From IMG/VR virus record IMGVR_UViG_3300025840_000014: a stretch of 57,482 nt of DNA. One strand, 5' to 3'. Origin of the DNA: an uncultured virus (IMG/VR IMGVR_UViG_3300025840_000014). Lineage: Duplodnaviria > Heunggongvirae > Uroviricota > Caudoviricetes. Under the pieces are notes generated by a model. It had not been told where the DNA came from. It saw nothing but the letters and a program-made list of their open reading frames with translations, and searched no databases. The position numbers and the translations under genes were made by a program. The stretch's first letter is position 1. Every line of letters begins with the position of its first letter. Positions 28,701 to 37,076 of this stretch are shown here, piece after piece.

Positions 28701-31627
28701 CCTCGCCAACTTCCTTGTCTGACGGTATCAGTATCGAATTTGTTGCCACGACCGGTCACACTTCCGGCGACACGTGGTCCGGCACCGCGTCTCCAGTCAA
28801 TATCGACTTGGGAATCGCCGGTAACTACAACGACGGTACCTACGCCCATACTGGTTTCTTCCGTGACACCACTGACGGCTACTGGAAGATTTTCGACGGT
28901 TACACCCCCGAGGTGGACGGCGACGTAAATACCGGTCATGCCTCGTTCAACCTTGCCGACATGCAAGCCGCCAACTTCCGTGGAGATCTCGTTGGCAACG
29001 CCGACACTGCGACTGCTCTCGAAACCGGACGCACGATCTCGATCAGTGGCGATGTTGCTGGATCGGTCACCTTCGACGGTACCGCTAACGTTGATATCGC
29101 GGCGACCATCCAAGCCAACTCGGTCGCTCTTGGCACAGACACAACTGGCGATTATGTGCAAAATCTTGTCGCCGGCACCGGTGTCACGCTGTCGTCCACT
29201 ACTGGGGAAAGCGACACGCCAACCGTTTCCATCGGTCAGGCAGTTGCAACATCTGACGATGTCACCTTCAACACGGTGACTCTTGGAACCGCCCCCACCC
29301 AAGACAGTCATGCGGTCACAAAGTCGTACGTTGACAACATTGCGTCTGGCATTGATTGGCATGAAGCAGCCGATCTAGGTACTGCCGCAGCCCTGCCAAA
29401 CAGCCCGACCTACAGCAATGGAACATCTGGGGTTGGGGCAACCCTCACTGCCGGCTCACAAGCCCGCCTCGTTGTTGATGGCACGAACGCAACTGCGGGA
29501 GATCGTATTCTCGTCAAGAATCAGGCGACCGCCTACGAAAACGGCATTTACGTTGTCACCACACAAGGCGCTTCCGGCGTGGCGGCGTGGGTTCTTACGC
29601 GAGTTGCCGACTTTGACGGCGGCGATACGGGCGAGGTTGTTCCCGGTGAAGCCGTTCTTGTCCTTGGTGGGGCAACGAATGCTCGTCAGGGTTTTGTTGT
29701 CACATCGACTTCTGATCCTCACACCATCGGCACGGACGCGATTACGTTCACCCAGTTCACTGGAACCCAAGCATTCACGGCAGGCGCCGGTCTCACTCAG
29801 ACTGGCAACACGCTCAATATCGAAACTGCCGACACGGGCCGCATTGTCGTCAATGCTGACACCATCGATCTCGGATCTGTCGCCGTTGGCAGCACAACGG
29901 GATCGAATACGTCTGATTTTGTTTCGTCAATCACAACCGACGCATACGGTCGCGTAACTTCTGTTGAAACGTCGAATGTCGGCCAGTCCCTGATCACGAC
30001 TGCCGATGTTACTTTCAACACGGTCGCTGCCGACCTGACGGGTGACGTTACCGGCAACGCCGATACGGCTTCCGCTCTCGCCACGGCTCGAACGATTCAG
30101 ATTTCTGGCGATGTTGCTGGCACGGCGACGTTTGATGGTTCCGCAGATATCAACATTTCGACGACCATTCAGGCCGATTCGATTGCGCTGGGCACGGACA
30201 CCACTGGCGATTACGTGCAGTCACTCGTTGCGGGAACTGGCGTAACTCTTGCCGACAATACTGGCGAGACCGCGACCCCGACGATCTCTATTGGTCAGTC
30301 TGTCGCTACAACCGACAACGTTACGTTTGCTGACGCAACGCTTGATTCGATCAAACTGACTACCGGTGGAACCGATGCCGTTATCGATTGGGTTACGGAT
30401 TCTGTCCGCTTGTCCAACGATGGGACCAACTACTACCAGATTTTGACGGTCAACGATACGTTCGGTGATCTTTCCGACGTCGACATGTCATCCCTCGCTC
30501 CGTCAACTGGCGACATCGCGTACTTCGACGGATCCAACTGGGTTCCGTATCCGTTGACCATTCAGAACGCAGGGAACGTTTCTACGTCAAGTGAGGCGTC
30601 CGGCGACATCCTGCTCTACAACGGAACGGACTACGCGAACACCCCGCACACGGTTGCGAACATCACGGATGTCTCGATTACCGCTGCTGCGTCCGGCGAC
30701 ATTTTGCTGCACAACGGCACAGACTGGGTCGACACAGAGCACACCCTTGGGAATATCACCAACGTCACCTTGACTTCTGAGACGGACGGCGAGTTCCTGA
30801 AGTACAACGGCACCGCTTGGGTTAATGCCTCCATCCCGGAGATCAACACCCTCAACGATGTCGGCAACGTGACAATCACGTCGGTTGCTTCAGGCGAATT
30901 CCTCAAGTGGGACGGCTCTGCGTGGGTCAACGCGTCAATCCCTGAAATCAATACGTTGAACGATGTTGGCAACGTCACAATTACGAGTGCCACATCGGGT
31001 GAGGTTCTTCAGTGGGACGGCACGGCATGGATCAACACGGATCTTCTTGCGAGCCCATCGCTTACCGGCACGCCGACCGCTCCTACTGCGGCGACGACGA
31101 CGAATACAACTCAGGTTGCTACGACGGCGTTTGTCCAGCAGGAAATCGCTGCTCTGGTCGACTCGGCACCCGGAACCCTTGACACGTTGAACGAGTTGGC
31201 CGCTGCTCTCGGCGACGACGCCAACTTCTCGACGACAGTCACTAACTCGCTTGCGCTGAAGGCGCCACTGGCTTCACCGACGTTCACGGGAACGGTGACC
31301 CTGCCGTCTGGCACGAACGTTACCGCTGGCATCGTGTCGTCTACTGGTAACAGGACGTTGGCACTCACCGATGCTGCTGATGTTGTGATGATGAACTCAA
31401 CCTCGGCCCTGACAGTTACCGTGCCAACAAATGCTGCGGTTCCATTCCCGGTGGGTACGAGCATCACGATCGTTCGCCAAAACACTGGCGATGTCACGGT
31501 TTCGCAGTCGTCAGGAGTCACAGTAAATGCTGCCGTGGGTAAAAAAGCCCGCGCCCGTTACTCTGCTATAGTTTTGACCAAGTACGCAACCGACACATGG
31601 CTGTTGACGGGTGACCAGAAGGCGTGA
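25721..31627 (+). CDS. Long modular tail fibre (1968 aa) with Mtd/hyaluronidase-type N-terminal domain
   Basis: IQFRRGTASEW..ANPTLAAGELAIETDT..LKVGDG. Six LG(T/S)D-x2-GDYV...AG(T/N)G modules, many G-D/E-x-L-x-W/Y-x-G-x2-W repeats, TLDTLNELAAALGDDANF. Confidence 0.88.
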   Translation: MSANVVIQFRRGTASEWSTANPTLAAGELAIETDTNKLKVGDGSTAYNSLTYVSTLEAGVLGDISNVTLTSEADGDFLRWNGTAWINDAVNLGTDSVGDYVQNLVAGTGVTLADNTGEGATPTVSIGQSVDTSADVTFNTVSANLSGNVTGDVTGDLTGNADTATSLETARTIQVSGDVAGSATFDGTADINISTTVQPDSVALGTDTTGDYVESMSAGTGVTVTGGTGEGSTPVIAIAQSVATTADVTFNSVETTADVIIGGDLTVNGTTTTINTATLEVEDNIVTLNSNVTGAPSTDAGIEIERGTSTNVLLRWNETSDIWEFTNDGTTFYPLPTVIDDVSDVNASGASDGDILVYDAANSVWQRTTPDLSLSTGRSDVTITSAQDGDYLRWNGTAWVNDPINLGSDTVGDYVQNLTAGTGVALVGNSGEGATPTVSIGQPVGTADDVQFGTVTANLTGDVTGNADTATALETARTISLSGDVAGSVSFDGTGDVDITATVQANSVALGSDTTGDYVQNLVAGNGVTITNNSGEGATPTITLDSTANATFEDLTVNGLLDASHIHGQLAGPVYLHVKNTSGSTIAKGTPVYATGSVGASGATEVAPSDAATAGTMPALGMTTAELANNGEGHAVILGVIDNMNTNSYTVNTVLYVADGGGLTSTRPTGEDDKIQAIGRVIRQDQSTGEILILGAGRANDTPNHLDTDYIDWDVSSYTPTSKPTHAESRVWYDSANDALRMDTSQTGVDIALGQERALYVYNNSGASIPAGSVVYYTGENSAIPTISLADASDPDKINVAGVTKGTIANGAHGFIIIDGILLGIDLSSYSVGDRLHLSAATPGGLTTNPPTYPNYAVEIAEVLLASNPGCYRVNIVSEVFDDIRVREDARIDGNLTVAGNLSILGTQSTVSVNNLAVDDSWIYLNGGNTIETTSFSGSGLNDGTLVGHFTGTSSTTYYVRIDSVGGGTGGVDTFEWSTDNFSTTEATGVDIGTSPTSLSDGISIEFVATTGHTSGDTWSGTASPVNIDLGIAGNYNDGTYAHTGFFRDTTDGYWKIFDGYTPEVDGDVNTGHASFNLADMQAANFRGDLVGNADTATALETGRTISISGDVAGSVTFDGTANVDIAATIQANSVALGTDTTGDYVQNLVAGTGVTLSSTTGESDTPTVSIGQAVATSDDVTFNTVTLGTAPTQDSHAVTKSYVDNIASGIDWHEAADLGTAAALPNSPTYSNGTSGVGATLTAGSQARLVVDGTNATAGDRILVKNQATAYENGIYVVTTQGASGVAAWVLTRVADFDGGDTGEVVPGEAVLVLGGATNARQGFVVTSTSDPHTIGTDAITFTQFTGTQAFTAGAGLTQTGNTLNIETADTGRIVVNADTIDLGSVAVGSTTGSNTSDFVSSITTDAYGRVTSVETSNVGQSLITTADVTFNTVAADLTGDVTGNADTASALATARTIQISGDVAGTATFDGSADINISTTIQADSIALGTDTTGDYVQSLVAGTGVTLADNTGETATPTISIGQSVATTDNVTFADATLDSIKLTTGGTDAVIDWVTDSVRLSNDGTNYYQILTVNDTFGDLSDVDMSSLAPSTGDIAYFDGSNWVPYPLTIQNAGNVSTSSEASGDILLYNGTDYANTPHTVANITDVSITAAASGDILLHNGTDWVDTEHTLGNITNVTLTSETDGEFLKYNGTAWVNASIPEINTLNDVGNVTITSVASGEFLKWDGSAWVNASIPEINTLNDVGNVTITSATSGEVLQWDGTAWINTDLLASPSLTGTPTAPTAATTTNTTQVATTAFVQQEIAALVDSAPGTLDTLNELAAALGDDANFSTTVTNSLALKAPLASPTFTGTVTLPSGTNVTAGIVSSTGNRTLALTDAADVVMMNSTSALTVTVPTNAAVPFPVGTSITIVRQNTGDVTVSQSSGVTVNAAVGKKARARYSAIVLTKYATDTWLLTGDQKA

Positions 31628-31633
31628 TAATCG

Positions 31634-32263
31634 ATGATTAACAGGATAGGCGATCTTCCAAAAGGCGATTTCACGTTCACTGATAACAGCAGCGCCTCTG
31701 CTCAGCGAGATGCGGTTGCTGCCCTCGGTTTTACAAACGTTTCTTGGACAGCCAATACAGCGAATACGACGAACGCTGGCCTCGTTGGGTCCGCGCATCA
31801 GGTTGTTGTCGACGGTACCGCATATACTGCAACTACATCGTTCACTGGTCTCCATTATGCGACTTCGATCGAGTTCCGTGCTTTCGGCCCGTTTTTCCCG
31901 CCGCACTTCCCGCCCCACTTCCCGCCCCACTTCCCACCGTTTTTCCCGCCATTTTTCCCACCTCACTTCCCGCCGTTCTTCCCTCCGTTCTTCCCGCCTC
32001 ACTTCCCTCCGTTCTTCCCGCCGTTCTTCCCACCGCACTTCCCGCCGTTCTTCCCACCGTTCTTCCCACCTCACTTCCCTCCCTTCTTCCCACCGTGGTT
32101 CCCACCGCACTTCCCGCCGCACTTCCCACCACATTTCCCGCCGCACTTCCCACCATTCTTCCCGCCGCATTTCCCACCACACTTCCCGCCGCACTTCCCA
32201 CCATTCTTCCCACCGCACTTCCCGCCGCACTTCCCGCCGTTCTTCCCTCCCCGATTCAAGTAG
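31634..32263 (+). CDS. Repeat protein: 86-aa N-terminal domain + 30 x (H/F/W)FPP; candidate substrate/precursor
   Basis: Starts 6 nt after the fibre stop. Pro codons vary synonymously while the peptide period stays perfect. Confidence 0.85.
   Translation: MINRIGDLPKGDFTFTDNSSASAQRDAVAALGFTNVSWTANTANTTNAGLVGSAHQVVVDGTAYTATTSFTGLHYATSIEFRAFGPFFPPHFPPHFPPHFPPFFPPFFPPHFPPFFPPFFPPHFPPFFPPFFPPHFPPFFPPFFPPHFPPFFPPWFPPHFPPHFPPHFPPHFPPFFPPHFPPHFPPHFPPFFPPHFPPHFPPFFPPRFK
31892..32251 (+). repeat. Coding 12-bp-period tandem repeat (16 HFPP, 13 FFPP, 1 WFPP)
   Basis: Direct count from the translation; unit (CAC/CAT/TTC/TTT/TGG)-TTC-CCN-CCN. Confidence 0.95.
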
Positions 32264-32275
32264 GGGAGGGAGACG

Positions 32276-32551
32276 GTGCCCCCATTGGTAAAAAAGTATT
32301 GGGGGCCGGTCGAGATTGATAAAGGCAGTCGAAGAACTGGCGCGATCGGTTGGGCTTTGCTAGTCATATACATAGTGTGTTATGACGTATACGCGATTAG
32401 AACCAAGCACGTCGAAACGTTGACTCGTGCCTACTGGCGTGGGTCTGCCAGCCGACGCGGCTCTCTTCTCGTTCATCTGCTTTGGGGTATCGCCACCTTC
32501 CATCTTGTTGCTGAGCATCGAGTAAGAAAAGCGATTTACAAGCGACTCTAA
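32276..32551 (+). CDS. Small membrane protein (2 predicted TM segments)
   Basis: GGAGG RBS, GTG start; hydrophobic GWALLVIYIVCY and LLVHLLWGIATFHLV. Confidence 0.6.
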   Translation: MPPLVKKYWGPVEIDKGSRRTGAIGWALLVIYIVCYDVYAIRTKHVETLTRAYWRGSASRRGSLLVHLLWGIATFHLVAEHRVRKAIYKRL

Positions 32552-32573
32552 GATGTGCTAAAGTCGCATCACT

Positions 32574-33203
32574 ATGGAGGAGCCCGAGAAATCTCTTATC
32601 GAGCCGGGCCATTTCGGAACAGGCGTAGAAAACATCGTCATCATTGAAGACTTTGTCGAGCCCGACGATCTGGCGAAAATTCAAGCCTTCTTCCCGACTA
32701 TCAACGAATGGGAAAACCCGAAGGCTGATGAGTACAACGAAGACGGCACTTGCATTTATGACGCCTCGTATTGGTGGGATCGCATGTGCAGCGGTGAAAT
32801 TTTGAAACGAATTGGTCCAGAGATATATGATCTTGTGGATAAATACGTTTACAAAATGCAAGACGTTCTTGAACAAAAGTTCAACGTCCAGTTGTATTCA
32901 CGCTCGCCAGTTCTTATTCGATGGTTGCCGGGGAACGAGCAGCAACCACACGCAGACAAGCAACTCAACGATGGTACGCCAAACCCGTTCCCGACATACG
33001 ACATCAATTCGATCATTTACTGGAATGACGAATTCGAAGGCGGCCAGTTTTATTATCCGGAATTTGATATCGAACTTGATATCAAACCGGGCCTTGCGGT
33101 TGCTCACCCGGGCGACGTACACTACCTGCACGGCGTAAAGCAGATCATTTCTGGTGAGCGCTGGACAACACCATCCTTTTACACAATTACCGACCTGAAC
33201 TGA
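32574..33203 (+). CDS. 2OG-Fe(II) oxygenase, prolyl-4-hydroxylase-like
   Basis: HAD...YWNDEFEGG...HGV...RWT: intact HxD...H triad and 2OG-binding R-x-T. Confidence 0.9.
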   Translation: MEEPEKSLIEPGHFGTGVENIVIIEDFVEPDDLAKIQAFFPTINEWENPKADEYNEDGTCIYDASYWWDRMCSGEILKRIGPEIYDLVDKYVYKMQDVLEQKFNVQLYSRSPVLIRWLPGNEQQPHADKQLNDGTPNPFPTYDINSIIYWNDEFEGGQFYYPEFDIELDIKPGLAVAHPGDVHYLHGVKQIISGERWTTPSFYTITDLN

Positions 33204-33209
33204 GGAACA

Positions 33210-33917
33210 ATGCGAGTTGCTGGAACTCTCGGCACATCAACTGACGGAATCATCCTGTACAAGGACGTGTGGCCCAAGGACTCTGATTTTGTCGGACGCC
33301 TCGAACGAGGCCTTGAAGGAAGCGCCACCGACTACTTCACATGGAAGCAGGCAATGGTCGGTGACAACGAGATCATGAAGGATTACCGTGACTGCTTCGA
33401 TTTCAAGTTGCGGCAGGGCGACATGCCAGTTCCCGACGAGTTCTCAGATCTCGGCAAGGTTTACGAAGAGGTGATTGCCGGTGTACGTGCGTGCGTAAAG
33501 CACTATTCGTCGCTTTTCAATCTTTCGCTCGACTACGAGGAAGCAACCAACTTCGTAAAATATGGTCCGGGCCAACACTTCTCGGTCCACCCCGACTCTG
33601 GATTCTCCTACTCGTGTGCGGTGTCCGCCATCGGCTACATCAACGACGATTACGAAGGCGGCGAATACATGATGCCGTACAAAAATCTCAAGTTCAAGCC
33701 AGAATTCGGTGACGTCATCGTTCATCCGAGTGACTTCATCTACGCTCACGCGTCACTCCCTGTTTCGTCCGGAACTAAATACTCCGCTGTGACGATGTAC
33801 GACTACAACGATCGCAACCACCAAGAGCACGGCGGCTCGGGAGGTTACGCATCAGCGGGAATGCCCGGACTCGGGCTACCTGATGCGAACTCGCAAGTCA
33901 CCATGCTTGGCGCGTGA
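33210..33917 (+). CDS. 2OG-Fe(II) oxygenase, prolyl-4-hydroxylase-like
   Basis: KYGPGQHFSVHPD...YINDDYEGG...HASLPV..GTKYS. Confidence 0.9.
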   Translation: MRVAGTLGTSTDGIILYKDVWPKDSDFVGRLERGLEGSATDYFTWKQAMVGDNEIMKDYRDCFDFKLRQGDMPVPDEFSDLGKVYEEVIAGVRACVKHYSSLFNLSLDYEEATNFVKYGPGQHFSVHPDSGFSYSCAVSAIGYINDDYEGGEYMMPYKNLKFKPEFGDVIVHPSDFIYAHASLPVSSGTKYSAVTMYDYNDRNHQEHGGSGGYASAGMPGLGLPDANSQVTMLGA

Positions 33918-33918
33918 T

Positions 33919-34647
33919 ATGGAAGTTACGCTCACCCGAAGCCATCAGAATCCTCCAGAAATTCGACAGGCGTCCGTGCGTCGAGACTGGATGGATGAAA
34001 CATACAAGAAGCACGCGTACAAGTGCCTTCCGTTGACTGAGGCCAACGTCAATGGCTGGGAAGTTCTTCTGCAGCACGACGTTGTCGTCCAGTATGACGG
34101 GGGCCCAACTGTTCCGCGAATTCTGGAAGGCCATACCAAGACGTTCGAGATTGACGGGCACTCATACGAACGCGACATCGTCATGCCGAGCATCGTCGGC
34201 ATTATGTCGTTTTGTGTCGGCTGGAAGTTCGCGACACCTCCGGGAGTCGCAACATGGATTACCGGATCCCCCAACTATTTCGTTGATGGTGCCGTACCCC
34301 TGACTGGACATATTCCTTCGGATTGGTGGCCTGATGAGTTCAACATGAACTGGAAGATCACCAAAATCGGCGAGCCTGTAGTGTTCCCAGCGGGAATGCC
34401 TTTCATGTTTTTCCAGTTCTATGACACAAGTCTCATGCCTAGTGTCGAGTTCAATGTGAACAACATGTGGGATGATGACCAAAAGGAATTAAACGACGCC
34501 CGTATGAGATACAGCGTCGCTAAAAGAGAAAAATTGGTCAACGAACCATGGACATGGATGGGTGGGATCCGTACCGGTTTGGACGAAGAAGGAAACCGTA
34601 TCGGTCCTGAATTTTCAGGACACCCAAAACTAAAGGAGCCATCATGA
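33919..34647 (+). CDS. DUF6065-like protein
   Basis: RRDWMD...HAYKCLPL..AN..GW, F.TPPG...GSPN...PLTG...DWWP..F.MNWK motifs recalled for this family. ATG 33919. Confidence 0.65.
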   Translation: MEVTLTRSHQNPPEIRQASVRRDWMDETYKKHAYKCLPLTEANVNGWEVLLQHDVVVQYDGGPTVPRILEGHTKTFEIDGHSYERDIVMPSIVGIMSFCVGWKFATPPGVATWITGSPNYFVDGAVPLTGHIPSDWWPDEFNMNWKITKIGEPVVFPAGMPFMFFQFYDTSLMPSVEFNVNNMWDDDQKELNDARMRYSVAKREKLVNEPWTWMGGIRTGLDEEGNRIGPEFSGHPKLKEPS

Positions 34648-36218
34648 AAGGCGTCGGCGGGATCGCAGTCGGTCTTCGACTAGGAAACCTCGGATTCAAA
34701 ATCAAGGGCGTAACCGCTCAACAGGTGCTCGCTGAACCCGAGTACTTCAAGGAAATCTTGAAGAAGAACAAGATGATTGGTTTCATCGGGATGCACCCGA
34801 CCAACGAGGAACATGCCGCGCTGGTTCACGCCCTTTACGACGGCGAGTACAAACCTGACGAGCATGACCATGGCTACTACCAGCGTGGCCTTCTCAAAGA
34901 TCAGTGGCACGAAACAATCAAAGACGTTGAAAACAAAGAAGACCCAGAGTGGTTTCTTCGTTGCAACTGGCATGTCGACAACCCGTTTTTCGACGAACCA
35001 CCTAGCCTCATTTCTATCCACATGACGACTTACAATGTGGAACAAGGTTACGGCAATACTTTCTGGGTCAGCCTGCGGAATCTTTTCGACGAGTGCCCTG
35101 CCGAATTGCGGGAGCATTTGAAAACGGCCCGATTCCGTGGTGAGACTGGCAGCGAAGAGCACGATGTCAAATCTCATCCTGCTCTCCGCACGCACCCGGA
35201 TACTGGCGAAACAATGCTGTATTGGACCGGGCCGGGGACCATTCTCGAAGGCGAAGAAACGCCTTGGTTCCAAGACCTTCGTAAATATGTAGAGGACTAC
35301 TGCGCCGAGCCACGGAACCGCTACCAGTGGGATTGGGAAGTTGGCGATGTTGTCATTTGGGATAACCGCGCCGTGATGCATGGTTTCTATCCCGGCTGGG
35401 AACGCAAAGACCGCATCTTCCAGCGAGTCGAAGCGGGTACCGACCAGCCGTTCTATGACCCCGAATATCGTGCTGAAATCAACGAAAACTTCGGTGATGT
35501 TCTTGCCGATGAGGATCATCAACGAGACACCAGCATGGGGCCGAACCCGGACCACATCCCTCTCGTTTTCACCAAAGGTTTTTACGCTCTTGAGGGTCTA
35601 GAGGAGTACTACCAAAAGGTGGTTATGTTCACCATCGAAGACGAAGATGGGAACGCTCGCTCGCTATTGCAGGAACTTGAAAATCAAGTAGACGACGACG
35701 AGTTCTTTATCTACCGGGTTCCGCACGATGAGAACAACAGGATTTTCGCAAACCTGAAGCGTTATCGGGATCACATCATGCCCGATTACCCGATGGCTGG
35801 CTGCTCCTTTGTCTGCAACAGGAATGGTGACTTTCACCTGTTCCTCGAACCGGACAGGAATCTGCTGGAAAACGACAACCCTGATCCACTTAGGTGCATC
35901 CCGAACCAGATCCGTGGTTTCCTTGAGTGGCACCCAGATATGCGACACGCGGGCCATGCTTGGCACTACCCGGATTGGTTCCCGCATCAGCCTCTGCAGT
36001 ACAGGCCGTGGAGTTACCACAACTGCTCGTTTATGCAGTATTACAAGTCGGACGGCAATCATCCTCCGGAAGACTTCGTGGTTCAATTCGCGATCGACTC
36101 GCTGTACGGCTGCTTCAACGGGCTGAAAGACAACGAGGATCGTCTTCGTGTAATCTCTCGGGTACACGATTACATCGGATACATGCTCGAACTTAATGAG
36201 CACGAAAACGACAGGTAG
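34644..36218 (+). CDS. TauD/TfdA-family dioxygenase fused to an unknown C-terminal domain
   Basis: WHVD, G.GNT.W, HPALRTHPDTGE, W..GDVVIWDNRAVMH...R; about 250 extra C-terminal residues. Confidence 0.85.
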   Translation: MKGVGGIAVGLRLGNLGFKIKGVTAQQVLAEPEYFKEILKKNKMIGFIGMHPTNEEHAALVHALYDGEYKPDEHDHGYYQRGLLKDQWHETIKDVENKEDPEWFLRCNWHVDNPFFDEPPSLISIHMTTYNVEQGYGNTFWVSLRNLFDECPAELREHLKTARFRGETGSEEHDVKSHPALRTHPDTGETMLYWTGPGTILEGEETPWFQDLRKYVEDYCAEPRNRYQWDWEVGDVVIWDNRAVMHGFYPGWERKDRIFQRVEAGTDQPFYDPEYRAEINENFGDVLADEDHQRDTSMGPNPDHIPLVFTKGFYALEGLEEYYQKVVMFTIEDEDGNARSLLQELENQVDDDEFFIYRVPHDENNRIFANLKRYRDHIMPDYPMAGCSFVCNRNGDFHLFLEPDRNLLENDNPDPLRCIPNQIRGFLEWHPDMRHAGHAWHYPDWFPHQPLQYRPWSYHNCSFMQYYKSDGNHPPEDFVVQFAIDSLYGCFNGLKDNEDRLRVISRVHDYIGYMLELNEHENDR

Positions 36219-36226
36219 GTAGAGAA

Positions 36227-37075
36227 ATGTCGGTCGACGAGACCCAAACCGAAGCACCGCCAAAAGGGGTTCACCTAGGCGGCGGCATCGTTATGTACGA
36301 AAACGCTTTCGATCTCGACTGGGATTGGATGCGAGAATTTTGCCAAAACACTCTGCGTGAGGAACGTGAGACTTCGTACACTCCGGGGGTCGACCCGATT
36401 ACAGGACAAGAGGGCTACATCAACCGGAGCAAGTTTTTCTTCGAAAAAGACACTTTGGATGAGATGCCTTGGCGGGGAAGTTTGGTCCACCAAAACCCTG
36501 ACCCCAAAGTGATCGAAACTCTCGATTACATCGAGTCGCGCCGAGATCTGTGTCTCCTTGATTACCTCAATCAGTTCCCCATGGCAGGGAAAACCATTTG
36601 GTGGAAGATTCGTGGACACATTGTCGCTTACCCTAAAGGCGCGTTTCTGGGCACGCACTCGGATGTGAGTACCGATTACGAGTACGGCAAGCCTCATCCT
36701 CGCGATCAGTTGGCCACACGCTCATCCGTGAGCGTTGTTGCTTACATCAACGACTGGGTCGAAACAGAGGACGAACTTGACGGAACAAACTTCACGGGTG
36801 GCGAACACAGTTTTGCCTACTACGACATCAGCATCAAACCCAAGCGTGGGAATATGATCTTCTTTCCAGCCAACTACCTTGCTGCTCACGAAGTAAAGCC
36901 GGTTACTGGGGGATGGAGGTACTCCTACTTGGGTTGGTACTGTCAGGGTTCGCCAAATGGCCAGTATTTGGAAGCAGTTGCCGACCCCGTGACTGAACCA
37001 GAAACAGCAAAAATTGCCTCGAACGTCTACATGACGGAGGGGTACTCGATTCTTCCCCCGATTGGATTCAACTGA
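36227..37075 (+). CDS. 2OG-Fe(II) oxygenase
   Basis: LGTHSD...FTGGE...FFPANYLAAHEVKPVTGGWRYS. Confidence 0.88.
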   Translation: MSVDETQTEAPPKGVHLGGGIVMYENAFDLDWDWMREFCQNTLREERETSYTPGVDPITGQEGYINRSKFFFEKDTLDEMPWRGSLVHQNPDPKVIETLDYIESRRDLCLLDYLNQFPMAGKTIWWKIRGHIVAYPKGAFLGTHSDVSTDYEYGKPHPRDQLATRSSVSVVAYINDWVETEDELDGTNFTGGEHSFAYYDISIKPKRGNMIFFPANYLAAHEVKPVTGGWRYSYLGWYCQGSPNGQYLEAVADPVTEPETAKIASNVYMTEGYSILPPIGFN

Positions 37076-37076
37076 A

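Noticed and set aside
31892..32251. Possible CRISPR array or non-coding satellite
   Set aside because: Contiguous 12-bp units with no unique spacers, synonymous variation, and no cas genes.
31511..32373. Alternative-frame repeat ORFs (RREE/RWEE, GGKC/GGKN, LPAA/LPTV, SRRT/SHH)
   Set aside because: Shadows of the 12-bp coding repeat. Variation falls at third positions only in the xFPP frame, which also has a proper start right after the fibre gene.
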